Below, in pieces: positions 1 to 15,200 of a DNA stretch of 64,000 nt; position 1 is the stretch's first letter; each line of letters starts with the position of its first letter. The position numbers and the translations under genes are program-made. The DNA is from Mytilus trossulus. Taxonomy: Eukaryota. Under the pieces are notes generated by a model. It did not search any database. It was given only the letters and a program-made list of their open reading frames with translations, and had not been told where the DNA came from. The stretch spans positions 96,100,001 to 96,164,000 of the forward strand of contig NC_086373.1 in NCBI RefSeq assembly GCF_036588685.1. Direction: 5' to 3'.

Positions 1-520
1 AAATGAGGTCAAGGACATTGGTCATGTGACTGACGAAAACTTCATAACATGAGGCATCCATATACAAAGTATGAAGCATCCAGGTCTCCCACCTTCTAAG
101 ATATAAAGCTTTTAAGAAGTGAGCTAACACCGCCGCCGCCGGATCACTATCCCTATGTTGAGCTTTCTGCGACAAAAGTCGCAGGCTCGACAAAAACTAG
201 CTGTTCATCTGAAATCATAATTCTTTCCTCAATTTATAAATGTGAACCTGATAGGTATGCAAGACTTTTACTGTCCTCATTCTTTTATGATTATGGTATG
301 AGAAATGGTCTAAAATAATGTCCAAGTATGTACTCAATTTGATGCAATCTATGATTTCATATCAGCTCCTATATTAACTATATCTGGTCTATAATATAGT
401 CAGTTGCACATTATTTTCTGGTAGAGGTTGTTTGTTCTCATTTTCATGGTTCAATACTCCATCATTAGTTTTATCGGAAAGTTTTCACATACATGTACTT
501 AAAGTCAACTATATTTTGTA

Positions 521-743
521 TACTGTAAATTCAGAAATTATTGCGAGGTTTTTATTATTGCGAAAAATGCGATAGAGTTGGAAACGCAATAATTTAAACT
601 CGCATTTTGGAATGTTTTATACATGTTACATGAATTAAACAGATTTTTTCTCAAAATCGTATTTTATAATTAAAATCGCATTTAAATCTAAAATGACAAA
701 ATCGCAATAATAAATACACGCAATAATTTCTGAATTTACAGTA
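521..743. mobile_element. MITE with TA flanks (Tc1/mariner-like)
   Basis: Perfect 25-bp inverted ends tactgtaaattcagaaattattgcg / cgcaataatttctgaatttacagta. Confidence 0.8.
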
Positions 744-3276
744 TACACTAGTCAGAACAACTGGTTTTACTTGATTTTGATCTCATTTTTCATGTTCAGC
801 AAGAGAGCAAATGCTAAAATGTCTTGCCTGCTGTACTCCAGACTGAATTTATGTTGTATGTCTGTAATATGAAGGTTTTATGACAAGTCAAGCGTGGCAT
901 AAACCTGTTAACGAGGTCATGGTCAGATTAACCCTGCCAGACAGATATGTCCACTTTACAATGACACATTTACTATGCACCAAATATAGTTTGCTGTTGC
1001 CTGATGTTTGAGAAAAACAAACTTATTAGAAACAGGAAGTTGTCAGGTTCCCTGCGTACCAGTTTTTTCTGCATGAAAATCCAGACCCATAAACAGGATT
1101 AATTTAAAATTGATTGTAAGGTTCAGCACTTGTAAGGCCAAAGTCAATCAAAATATAGTTTTTTTCTACTTAAATGTCTACAACTACCCGACGACTAAAA
1201 TCATGAAAATCAAACTTTATCTTCATTTAGTCACAGGAACAACATGTCAAAATTTGAAACGATTTCGTCAAGTGTTTTCATGTATTTGTAGTGACAGTTT
1301 GCAGCTGCCTCTATGCTGTACAATTAATCACTGATATTTTACTATAGCATTCTGGTTAAATATGAAAAATTTACTGTTGAACGATTAAAATGAGGTCAAG
1401 GTAAGATAAACCTGCAAGACATGTACACCATGCAATGATTCCATACACCAAATACAGATGACCTATTGCTTATAGAATATGAATATCAGATTTTATCACG
1501 AAAATTTAACATTCATTAATAAACCATTAAAATGAGGTCAGGGTCAGATAAAACTTGCCAGACTTATATGTATACCCAACTATCATTTTCATACACCTAA
1601 AAATAGTGGCCCAATGGCTTATGGTATATGATAATGTGACCAAACTTGAAATCTTAGCATTATTAAAGGAACATTGAAAAAAATGACAACCACTTGAACT
1701 GGACTGGGATCAGTGATCCATGAAGTGAGGTAGACTTTAGGTGAACCCTAACCGACAGACTTGTAGACTTTGCATAGATCAGATTTACCAAATGTATGTA
1801 TCATTTTACTCATCATATATGAGTATTTCACATGACAAAGAACATATTTTGTTTCACACAGTTGCTGAACCCCCCAAAAAATAGTTCAAGAACCAAGGGC
1901 AGACAGAAACATAGTTACATCAGGCATCTGCATACAAGGTATGGATCAAGTCTTCTAACTTCTGAAATATGAAGCTTTATACAAATAGCTTTCACAATTG
2001 TCATGACAACTGTTACAATTGTCTGTCACAATCCTATACCCATCTTCTCTTTTGAAGATGACCAATGAATAACCCTAGATGACCTAATTATGTTCAGCAG
2101 AAATTACTTCGTTTCTGCATGAATTTGAGATCTGTTCCAGTTTTGGTGATATCATTCATTCTTCTCAGTCAAGCTTTTTTTTTTGGTTTTCACCATGATT
2201 TTTTGGTTACTGTTCAATTTATGCTCTTTTTCTGCTCCATTTTTTACACAAATAAAGAGAGCTATACATGCTATGAAATTCTTACAAATCTTGTCAACTA
2301 CTGTATTGTACTTATTCACAAATATTTATACTGTGAACATCAAGGTTTTTGAGCAAGTATTTATAGTAACTGTTTTCACTTTTCAGAACCATTTAAAGTA
2401 AACTTTCTCTAAGTATGTGCTTGTCCCTAGTCAGGAGCTTGTAATTCAGTAGTTGTTGTTTGTTGATGTGTTACATATATTTTTTTTGTTAATTTTTTGT
2501 ACATAAATTAGGTTGTTAGTTTTCTCATTTGAATTGTTTTACATTTGTCATTTCATGGCCTTTTATTGCTGACTATGTGATATGGGCTTTGCTCATTGTT
2601 AAAGGCTATACAATGACCTATAGTTGTTAATTTCTGTGTTATTTGGTCTCTTGTGGAGAGTTGGCAATCATACAACATCTTTTTATATATTCATTCACGC
2701 CGGGTTTGTTGGCTCAAATTAAGCAGCAATAGGTAGTAATATTTTCTATAACCACACCTTTAATTAAGAATTTATGGAATGCTGTTAAATAACTAGCTAC
2801 TTCTGATGGTCTGACCTAAAAGCATAATATTAGCGCTATCAGCTAGTATTATGTTCTTAAAATTCTATGGTGTAGTTTTCGTTTTACTGAAGAAAATTGA
2901 GTTTTCGATGCCTAATTTATACAAAATCTGCCATTTTTTGTTTTGCACAATCTATAACGTGAAAATGAGCCATGTGACCCATTCTTCTTTATATCATTTT
3001 TATTTTAAAACATGATATAAACTACATTTTGACAAATTGTTAAAAAATTCTATGGATTTTAACTTAGACACCCATGTACCTTTAACAAGAATATATTGCA
3101 ATCAACAAAAAATAACTGCCGTATATTTTAATGCAGCAGACATCAATCTTAGATTTTAGCCACAACTCTGTTTTACAGCAGCACTAATGTGTATCCTAAA
3201 ACTCAATCTCCAATTTAAGGGATTATTCTGGTAAGGGGAGGTAATTACAAGACAACATAATCAATTGCACTTTATT

Positions 3277-6200
3277 TTAACTAGAAGATGATACACCTTC
3301 GTCAGTCTTTGACTTTGACTTCAACACCTGTGGAGAAAAATATAAAACTGTATAAGTGACATAAACAAAATGTAACTTCTTTAAACATAAACATCTCATA
3401 TAAATGTTAACTTTTACAAACTGTCTGAAGATGATACCGTTAATCAAATGAATGCAGATTTCTTTGTCTTAAAGAAGTAATTGCAAAATTTAGCTTCTAC
3501 ATGTCATTCAAAATTTTTAAAAACTTGGGTAAAATTCAATAAGACATCAAGCAAACAAAAACGCCAACCTATATTTGTAAAATCTGAATATCTTTGTTTC
3601 TGTCTTAACAAACTCTATCACTTCTAAACTGTATAGCTTGAGGTTCAGTGTTGAAACCTGTTCTTTGACCTATAATGGTTAACTTTTTTAAACATTGTGA
3701 CTTGAATGGAGAGTTGTCTCTATGGCACTCATAACACATCTTTTCATTTCTATTTAGTTAAGACCAACCTCTTCAACAAGTCCAGCAGCAATAGTATGGC
3801 CACTATATCTTAACATAAATCTTCCTAAATCTTTATAGTCTTTGTATAATTCTAAACATATAGGTCGGTCAAATTCTAACTCAACAACTGCACTCATATT
3901 CTTCACTAAGCACCTGAAATATAAATATTTTGGACTATAGGACAATCAAATCCAAACTTCATTGAAGGAATCTTTTATATATATACATGAAATTGATATA
4001 TTAAAACTATTCTGTAACAGAGGTCTTCTAAATTCTTCTAAAACAACATCACAACTGTCATGTCCTTTCACAGAAAGTTAACTTATAGATTGATAAAAGT
4101 TCAAATCAACCGGTCTGGTATCAGTTAGTAAATCCATTGCACATTAGTTAATTTCAACTAGCCATAACTGACCTTTATCCTATAAATATTCAAGAAATTC
4201 AATAAAAAAAAAAAAAAAATCAATGATATAAAGAATAAACTCATCATAGATACCAGGACTAAATTTAGTATATATGCCAGACACGCGTTTCGTCTACAAA
4301 AGACTCATCAGTGACACTTGAATCCAAAAAAGTTAAAAAAAGCCAAATAAAGTACGAAGTTGAAGAGCATTGAGAACCAAAATTTCTAAAAGTTTTGCCA
4401 AATACAAGTGGCGCTAAGCATATATTAATTAATTTATTTTATTATATTTTCAAGTTACCATATCAAACTTTAATTGGTTAAAACAAGGGGATACATTCTT
4501 TTCTACTCCCTTACCCTTCACAGTGATGCTGGTTTGTTATTTACAGTGTTTCTATGAAAATGACGTCTTACTTTATAACTTTCAATTTAAAAATTAAAAG
4601 ACAATAATAGACAACTTTCAAGTTCAATGCATTTCTGTCTAAAACTTTGATTTTAGTAAATATCATTCATGCTTTAAGGGGCATCAATACTTTCATTCCA
4701 TTTTGAGAAAGTGGGTGGAAAACTATAATGCTACATTGCACAAATTATTTTCAAACTGAATTCTCATAATTGGCAATCAGCACTGCTGTCATTGGAGAAT
4801 TGTGATAAAGCACATACAGAACAAACAGTATTTCTAGTTATACTGCACAAAGATGATCACTTAAGATGCTTGATGAATGTTAACAGTGCAGAGATACAAA
4901 TGATCCCCTCTATCTGGTAAATGACGTCATAAAGGCATGCATAATTGACGAGTTTTTTCGGGTGAAGGACAAACTTGAAAGTAGTCTATTAACACAGCAT
5001 TCAGTATAATTATAATTAAAATAAATAAATCAAAGCTGAGAGCAAATTGTAACCACAAGAAAACATTGTAAACCTAGTGGAATTAATACTTACTTTGGTT
5101 TATTTTTTATAACTTCTCCTGTACTTTTATTAAGTTGACTGTTGAGTCTTTTTATCACAGCAGGTTCAGTAATGGACTGATAATGAAATACAACCTAAAA
5201 TAAAAAATAAAGGTAAAATTAATTACCAAGTTCTGTTTAACTAGATTGGAGCCTACATTACTCACTTATGTCTTATTGCTTACCAAGAACTAAAACCAAT
5301 GGTTTAAATTTATAACTACAGACCAATTATTCCAATTAGCAGTTAGTATCATTTCTGACTTGTATTCTATACCTTTTTGGATGAAAAAAAAAATCATTTT
5401 AAGTCTCAATGTATAATTCATAAAACATAACATATTTAGAACAATAAATCCAGTAGATAGGCTGTAAAGTATATCAACAAAGATTAAAGACCTTAGTTTT
5501 ATGCAATGATTCGTCTGGAGTGCAGTAGCACTGGCCTAATATAAGTTATCAGAAATTTTTTTCTAAGCACACTGGCACTGGCCTAATATCAGTTATCAGA
5601 TTTTTCTTCTAAGTGCAGTGGCACTGGCCTAATATGAGTTATCAGATTAAAATCTCCATTCCAGCTGACACAGTGAAATAGATGCCCCCTCACCATTGGC
5701 TCTATTGAAAATAGATGAAGTTTCACCATATTTTTCAACACCTGACACTCCTTCGAGGTATTAGAGAATTGAAGTGTACTGGTAATATAAAAAATATTTA
5801 AGAAATCCATTTTGTTTTATTCCAGATTTTTGTTTGTTTGAGTGCTTGAATATTTATATCGAACCATAAATCCTTTAGTTATAGGAATCTCCACATTAAA
5901 CAACACTATTTTAGCTTTTATTCTTGTAGCACTCTTCAATGGAGAGGTAGGATCACACAACATACTCCCTGCAAAAAATCATTTACAAACATAAAATGTG
6001 ATAGCAAATCAACAATAGCTTATTCTTACCAGCGTCATCAAAGTATTAAATATCATTGTTCTTTCTATATATGTTACCCAACCTATATGTCTGAAAACTT
6101 TTCTGATCACTTCATCAAAGATCTACTGCTTTATATATCTTGAAATTAAATTGCTTATTTTGCATCTATTATATCTGGTAGATGAATAATTTCTTGAATT

Positions 6201-9200
6201 TTTTCCAACAAATCAAACAATATATCCAATAAAAACTTTTTTAAACCTAATAATACTCTCAGTAGCAAAGTTTTATTAATGAAAATAAGTCAAAAGCCTA
6301 AAACTTGTATATTCCAGTAAAATTAAAAAGATATTGTTTAATAAAAATCATAATGCTACATTTGTATACTAACCAACATGAATGTTGTTCATATCCATGC
6401 CTGTAATAGTAACTGTCACATGATCACCAGCAAAAGCACATGGATAAGAGACATCATTGATAGCTAAACCTGAAAGTTGCATAATCAACAGATTATAGAA
6501 TTATATACATTAATGAAATAATGACAAACAAAAACCAGCTCATTAATTTACTGATCTGGTATTTCAGGATATAATTTGATTGAAATGCAGTGAAAATAAA
6601 AAAAAAATAATAGGAGGTAACTCTGTAATTTCCCATCATTCTAACATCATTCTAACCATAGCTATCTAGAGATTTCTCACATTACCAGACACTAAGAAAA
6701 AAAAGGCTGTTTTGTCTGAGGTTTTTCTTTTAACCATGTTTTAAAAATCTTTCAAAGCCTGGTGCCTAAATACAAATGTAAATGCAACAGGGACAGTAAT
6801 GCACATGTGAAGCCAAAGGTACTTACAGGATACAAATTCTCCTGTAAGTCTGTTTTGGATATTTTATATACCAAGTAATGTGACAAATAGAAAATTGACA
6901 CTTAAGAGAGTTGTCTTATTGGCAATTATACCACATCATCTTATTTCTATATAATTCTTTGTCATAATATTTTCATCCCCATTTCTTGTAAAACATAAAA
7001 ATAACATCCAAGGAATGAGGTTGTTGTCATATATTGTACATGCTAACCTTTAACTGCCACAGAATCCCCACTAGGAAGAACCAGTAATCTGTCTCCAGGT
7101 TGTACTGATCCTGTCACTATCCTCCCAGTAACACTGAATCCACTTCCCATACCCTTAAATATATCTCCAACACACAATCGGAATGGTTTGTCAATAGATC
7201 GAGTCACAACTTTAAACTTATCTGAAAAATAGAGGACAAAAAGTATCTGAAATTAATCATATAGCTGTAGAAGAAATTTCTGATTTTCAAGTGTATCCGT
7301 AATAAAATGTCAAAAATCCAGTTACAATCCTGTACTAAAAGTCAAACCAAATATATTTTAATGACTATTATATGTTATACAAGAAACAGAAAATAACAAA
7401 CTGATTGCATAGAATGTATGTTGCATCCTAATATAAAAGACAAATCCTAACTGTTAATGGAAATACCATCATCTTGGGGAACTATCCAGTGTTTATCATC
7501 TTCTGGTAAATTCATTGAAACCAAAGCCTTGGTATATCTACTTACCAATTTGTTCCTCAAGCGTACTGCCTTTATACCATGACTCAAGTTTAGGTTCTGG
7601 AATTCTCCCTGTTAAATTAACACCACTTATTCCACTACAGGGAATAAATGATATATCATTTTCTTTATATCCAACTTGTTTTAAAAACTGTCCTAATTTT
7701 TTGGTAATATCATTATATCTAGTTTCTAACCAATCAATAGTGTCCATTTTATTCACTGCAACAATTAGTTGTGTTACGCCTGAAAAATATATAATCTTTT
7801 GTGAATACTCTAGTAAATATGAAACAAAGCAGATCTAATAAATACTGTGCTCTTTCCAGTTTTGACATTCATAAAATGAAGTTCATCCGATGCAGTGAAA
7901 AGGATATTTGCTAGATCCAAAATGACTCCAGCAATGCTTCCAACACATCATTGTAACTGTACATGTACTCATAAAATGGTTACAATAAATTATTATTTTA
8001 ACTCTTGTCACCTTGAAATTGAGTGCAGATGTCATCCAATATAAAGTAATGTTACAGGTCTTAATGGAATTGCATTAAAATTTGACAGTTTCTGACTTTA
8101 TACAGATTCTCTTTACTTAATTAAATTGTCCGTTTGGTATTTTTTCGCCACTCTGTTAATGTAAATCATTGCCTGTCCTCTGAGTTGTAATTTTACAAAC
8201 ATAGAATCTGTCAGTTCTCAATTCTGTCCAGCTTTCCCCAAGCTCAATTATCTAGTCACAGGTCCCAATTAAAACCCTGGTTTTTTTCTTACCTAAGGAT
8301 CTGGCTAAAATAGCATGTTCTCTAGTTTGGCCCCCAAGTTCAAATCCTGTTTCAAATTCTCCTTTAGTGGCATTAACTACCAGTATGGCTACATCTGCTT
8401 GTGCTGTTCCTGATTAAAAGATAAATATAACAATCTTTCATCTGATGTACATGAGATACAATACATGGAATGTTCTCAAATTTGAATTAATGGAGATGTT
8501 AGCTTTACAAATCAATGGCAAATCAAAATGACATTAAGTTTATAATGCCAGACCAATTAAAGATACTTCATTTATAACAATAATAATAAAAAAATATCAT
8601 TTAAGGTGGTACCCAACACTTTCACTAAAATTAATTTGGCTCGTTTAATTTTCATGAAATTTTGACAAAGTGTTAACTTTGACCCTTTAACCAAAATTTT
8701 GAACCAACCATTTTATCAGAAAAATTACACTGGTTATATAGCAGTTTGTCAAACACCAATTTAATAATTGAGAAGCTTAGTATTCCCTTTACAACACAAC
8801 GTAATTAAAACTTTTAACTGATTTTACAGAGTTATCTCCCTGTAGTGTTAGGTACCACCTTAAAAGAAACACTCCACTTTATCATCACATGTATTAACTT
8901 TGTTAGAGGCATGATTTGGAAATCTGAGTGAAATTAATCAGTTGTCAGATGACAAAAAAATAATCTAATCTCTGAGCTTCATACCCATTATCATATTTGG
9001 TATAAAATCATATAGAATTTTTATATATTTTTATAAACATGCTATAATATTACCTGTTATCATATTTGGTATAAAATCTTTGTGTCCAGGAGCATCTAGT
9101 AAGGTTATAACCTTCTTTGGAGTCTCAAATCTGGACTGAGCAATATCCATAGTAACACCCCGAGCACTGCCAAATATATGACAAATGAAAATAGCAAATA

Positions 9201-12200
9201 ATTTTAAACAAATCATAAAGAATAAATCTTAATCGTACATTTATAAAGCAACACACTTTATTCACTAAACTCGTTAGTTAATTAAAGCTGTTTATATGTG
9301 AATAATGTACTGAAATAGCAAACTTGAATATAATTTTAGGTAACATCCAAGAAACTTTTTACTCTGGGGAGTTAACATATTAAGTGCTATTGATTGTTGC
9401 TTGAATAACATACAGTGGTAATCTTTTGTGAACTGTATGTAGAGGTTTACATGAGTTTATCCTTAGAAATATGTGTGTGAGCAAGGTTTGTCTATAATTT
9501 TACCAGATACTTTTTTATTGGTTAATCAGCAATACAGCAGTCATAGTTTTGAAAACAACCACCAGGACAAAATAAAACTTTTAAACCTTATATTAACACT
9601 TACCGTTCCTCCTCAGTTTCATCAAGAACCCAGGCGAAGGCAAATGATCCTTTGCCTAACTTCTTAGATTCCTGTTCATATTTATGCATGATTCGTTGGT
9701 TTATCTCCCCTAGCTGGTACAACAGATGACCCATTAGAGTACTCTTTCCAGCATCTACATGTCCTATATAACAACAAAGTGATTTAAAAACTATAATAAA
9801 ATTTATACATTATTCACTTTTTACATTATAGCATAAGCTTTCTTCAGAAAAAGTTCATAAGAAGAAAATACTTAACAGTAAAGCTGTATGTCTGTCAATT
9901 TCAAGATGGTAGAAAGCTAGGACACTTATAACAATAATTTCCTGCAGAATATATTTACCTATAACAACCATATTTAATTGATCCTTTTCTGCAAGTCTTT
10001 TGTCATATTCTTCCTTCATTTTTGCTGGATCTAATAACAACTTGGCTCTACAAGAAATTTTAATATTATTTTTTTCTTCAAAATGTAAATATTTTTCTCT
10101 TCAAATCATTAATGATAATAATTTCAAAATTTCTTTTATTATTTGATTACACTGATGTGGCATTTAGTGTTGATGTCTTGTGAATAGTTTTTCAATTCTA
10201 TATCTGAATGACTTTTAAGTTATGGGATGAAAATTACTTATCTAGGAACATGCCTTGTTGACCATAATCACAAATTGTTGAACTGTTTAGATGTTTGTGT
10301 GTACCTCAAACTTAGTCCTATGTACTTGGTTTGATTCAAAGATTTACATCTGGTATGGAGATATGCGTCAATGATTTCAGTAAAACGTTTTGAAGATGAT
10401 CAATGCTGAGTGATGAAAATAGCTCATATGTTGTTTTGTTTTTTTACATTAACAAGGCTGTTGATGATTTTTTAAATTGTTTCACATTTGCCATGTCACA
10501 GCTTTGTATAGCTTACCATACAGTATAGATTTTGCTCATTGTTGAATACTGAACAATGACCTATAAATGTTTACATCCAGGTCCTTTGGTCAGGTAGACA
10601 TTTTATTTTCATACCACATGTCTATATTTGTACACATCTGTTATATCTGACATAATTTGAACTTACTTAGAAGCACTCCTCGGAATAGCTCCAAGAGATG
10701 GGTCTTTTTTAGGGGTCAAGAAACTGTCAGTTTTAGACTCCACTTTTAGAGTATCCCCTTTAGAATCAGATTTCACTGTCAGTACACCACTATCTGTTTT
10801 TAAATCGTTTTTTCCTGTCCGTAAATTACTGTCTTCAGAATTACTAGCTGCTATCCTTCCTTTATCACTGTCAATATTTAGACTAGTTTTCACATTATTA
10901 GATAATGTTTGAGACTTTTGCAAAGATTCACTTTTATCTGAATTTAATTGACTGTTTGTGGCTTGATCACTACTGTTTAGTGTCTTTTCAGGACTTTTAG
11001 AAGATTGTCTCCCCTTCGGTGGTACTTTCAATATCACTGTTGGTGGGGCTGTGGCAAATGCTACAATGTCAGCAAATAAAACATTAATTCTGAAAGTAAA
11101 ATGTTAATGCAAGCTAAACCTAAGTAGAAACAGTTCATGAAAATATAATGAAGTCTAGTCATTTTTTACTATTTTTTAATGTTACTTGCAAAATATGGGA
11201 AAATGAAAGAAATATGATTTCAAAGTTACCTCTGGATACTGCGTTTTGATCATAAAGAAGCTTCTGTAAAATTTTCATAAAATTCTATGATGTTTGACAA
11301 ACTTATTGATGTGTAAAAAAAACTTTTAACTACAGTCTGAACCATCTTCGCTAGCCAAGGGTTACAATCCCCTCCCCTCCTCTCCACCCTAGGCAGATTG
11401 AGATGGAATTTCAGAGACACAAGGTAATGATTCTTATTGTTTGCAGTCATAACTGGATGCATCCAATCTAAAATCACCTATAACATGATCAAGTGTAAAT
11501 GTAAGTAAACAATTGCCACATGCTGATTGTGCAACAAGTCTGTACAGCAGAACACACACAGACAATATTAAGGTAGATCACAGGTATATATTTTTTGAGA
11601 CAGAATTTTTTGCCGAAAATTTGCCGAAATGAAGATTTTACTATGCTCTTTTCAAAAATTTAATGAAAAGTATGGTTCACCGTGCTATTTTTCAAGCAGT
11701 GAGTCGTTGAAAATTGCCAAAATTTGGTTAGTTTGTTCATGAAAAAACACATTAGTGTGCATAAAAAAAATTCTATGAGATAGAATTTTGAAATAAATTG
11801 TGAGAAGAAAGATTTCATAATATGTCTTAAGAAAATAAAAAGAAAGCATGGTGTCACCGAATTTGTTTTCCTGCTACAAGTAAAAATAAAAAAAATCCCT
11901 ATAAGTCCAGTGTAAATTTTGTACTAAAAGAGTTATCTCCCCTTAAATGGCTCATTTGAAAAAAATGATTTTCACACCAAAAAAAATGATATTTGTTAAA
12001 ATATTTTGTATAATACGATGAATTAACAAGTTATTTTCAAATAGAAAAAAACAGTCTTACTATTGAATTGCAAATATGTCTCTAAATTTGCTGATTTAGG
12101 CAAATAACTAGACCTATTTTGTACTGTGATTGTATAATCCAAGATGGCGATATACCATCAATCTACCTTAAGTGACAATTTAAATGTTTATTTAACTATT

Positions 12201-15200
12201 AGAAGTTCCTGTGTATGTTTCTTGCACAAATGTTGTAATGTCAATCAATATATATTTTCTTTTTCTGCTTCACCAAGTGTGTAGACTCTAGAAGCTATCA
12301 TGTTTTCCTCTTCACTAAAGAGTGTTCAAGTGCTACTATTTGTCAAGAATAATGTATCTGCCAAAGATGGAGAGAAGGGAAGTGGATCATATTCCTTGAA
12401 TAGTGAAGATGATACAATTGCACATAAAATATCATTGACTTACCATTACTGGTTCATTAAAAACTGACATTAATAGTTTGTTATTAATTGTGCTGTTAGA
12501 TTTCTGGTTTGAATTGCTTCACATTTTTCATAGCAGACTACTTTTACTCATTTTTTAAGGCCCTACAGTGGCTGATTGCTACCACTTTATTTGAACATTG
12601 GTAGATAGTTGTGCAATTACATCATTTTTTTAAAGTCCATGGACCATAAATAAGGGGGCAGAACCAAATAATCTCCACGAATATGAGATGAGCCAATGCT
12701 GATACAACAGGGGCCTTGTCAAGTTAATGCCGTCTTAGGATTAAAATGGTCGATTCGAAAGATGTTGATATTGTTTACAAATATAGACTTTTAGACTGAT
12801 GATTCTAGAACATTGTAGAAAATTTCAAAATAAATGTGCTGGGCTGACTAAAAGATCCCATGCCATTCCCGTCTCATTATAAATTGTCGGGTTTTTTTGT
12901 GTTGCTCATGTAAGTTTTTCATTTCTTCAGATTTTTTCAATGTTCTTTGATGGTCAGTATTTGAAACTATGACCCTTGTGCAGATACTATCCCATGTCTT
13001 CTTCTAAAAGTTATTTGTCATCACATGTACCGGTAATAAGTTGGTGAATAAAATCCCCTATGCTTATTTACCACAGCAAACAGAATTTGTATTTTAGGTT
13101 CAGATTTTTTTTCTGTTATTATACTCATACTAATTCTATACATGTAATGAGATTAGTATTACCAGTATGTAAAAACTTTAAATATATATATAAAGATTTA
13201 AGAATTCCCTTTGAAGGGCACCAATCATTCCCATCTACCAGGGTTCACGTGGATAGGCATGTATATTTCCCAGTTATCAGGTCCCCATTGATAGGTATGA
13301 AACATTTACAGTAAACAGGGTCCCCATTGATATAATAATAATAATAATAAATTATAACCAGATGCTCCGCAGGGCGTAGCTTTATACGACCGCAGAGGTT
13401 GAACCCTGAACGGTTGGGGCAAGTATGGACACAACATTCAAGCTGGATTCAGCTCTAAATTTGGATTGTGATTAAATAGTTGACACAGCATAGGTTTCTG
13501 ACACAGAATGAATGTGTTCTAATGAACTTAATTTTTTTTGTTTTCTCTTAGAGCAATTCACTATGCTGTTGAATATTAATCCTCTCAAAAAAATGTTTGA
13601 AGAAATTTTCTTTTTTAAATGAGAAAAATTGAACCCAATTTTTTAACCACATCCCCCTTTCCCTTATTCCAAAACTAATCTCAATTAAAATATTCTAATG
13701 GAGTTTGCAACAATAACTACTCATTTAAATACATCATAAAATATTAAGATGTAAAAAAAACAGCTTGTTATCACTGAATAGTAAAGATTATTTAAATTTA
13801 TCAGTGGGTAGTAAAAAGTGAATATACATTGTATATTGTATATAACAAAGATTTAAGTTGATTCTGGAAAAAGAAAGATAACTCCAATTAAAAAAAAATC
13901 TTGCTATTGCACAATATTGTGCAATAAGATATTTCTTGCTTACTATTCTGGACAAAGAAAGATAACTCTAATTAAAAAAAAATTTGCTATTTCACAATAT
14001 TGTGCAATTAGATATTTCTTGCCATTGCGCAATACTGTGCAATTGAAAAGACTTGCTATTGCACAATACTTAATATAATAATTTTAGATCCTGATTTGGA
14101 CTAACTTGAAAACTGGGCCCATAATCAAAAATCTAAGTACATGTTTAGATTCAGCATATCAAAGAGGCCCAAGAATTCAACTTTTGTTAAAATCAAACTT
14201 AGTTTAATTTTGGACCCTTTGGACTTTAATGTAGACCAATTTGAAAACAGAACCAAAAATGAAGAATCTGCATACACAGTTATATTTGGCATATCAAAGA
14301 ACCCCATTTATTCAATTGTTGATGAAATCAAACAAAGTTTAATTTTGGACCCCGATTTGGACCAACTTGAAAACTGGGCCAAAAATCAAGAATCTAAGTA
14401 AATTTTTAGATTCAACATATCAAAGAACCCAACCGATTCATTTTTTTGTCAAAATCAAACTAAGTTTAATTTTGGACCCTTTGGACCTTAATGTAGACCA
14501 ATTTGAAAAGGGAACCAAAAGTTAAGAATCTACATACACAGTTAGATTCGGCATATCAAAGAACCCCAATTATTCAATTTTGATGAAATCAAACAAAGTT
14601 TAATTTTGGACCCTTTGGGCCCCTTTTTCCTAAACTGTTGGGACCAAAACTCCCAAAATCAATACCAACCTTCCTTTTGTGGTTTTAAACATTGTGTTTA
14701 AATTTCATTGATTTCCATTTACTTATACTAAAGTTATTGTGCGAAAACCAAGAATAATGCTTATTTGGGCCCTTTTTTGGCCCCTAATTCCTAAACTGTT
14801 GAAACCAAAACTCCCAAAATCAATCCCAACCTTTCTTTTAGGGGTCATAAAACTTGTGTCAAAATTTCATAGATTTCTATTAACTTAAACTAAAGTTATA
14901 GTGCAAAAACCAAGAAAATGCTTATTTGGGCCCTTTTTGGCCCCTAATTCCTAAAATGTTGGGACCAAAACTCCCAAAATCAATACCAACCTTCCTTTTA
15001 TGGTCAGAAACCTTGTGTTAACATTTCATAGATTTCTATTCACTTTTACTAAAGTTAGAGTGCGAAAACTAAAAGTATTCGGACGACGACGACGACGACA
15101 ATGACGACGCAGATGACGATGCCAACGTGATAGCAATATACGACGAAATTTTTTTCAAAATTTGCGGTCGTATAATAATAATAAATTCTTTATTTAAAGA

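Noticed and set aside
3754-3768. HBS1L ending VGLN* as in the ORF track
   Set aside because: A donor at 3768 and a clean downstream exon (3327-3277) with acceptor, stop and AATAAA fit better. Read-through is not fully excluded.
5519-5650. Triple ~45-bp repeat (also a 70-bp doublet at about 41255-41395) as regulatory elements
   Set aside because: Ordinary local tandem duplications with no link to exons or known motifs.
7515-7838. Plus-strand 107-aa ORF and the many other 60-130 aa ORFs in the track
   Set aside because: Antisense shadows of real exons, or chance ORFs in repeats and introns with no recognisable domains.
11230-11477. Poison exon before HBS1L exon 6
   Set aside because: Acceptor- and donor-like sites exist, but nothing distinguishes them from chance in AT-rich DNA.
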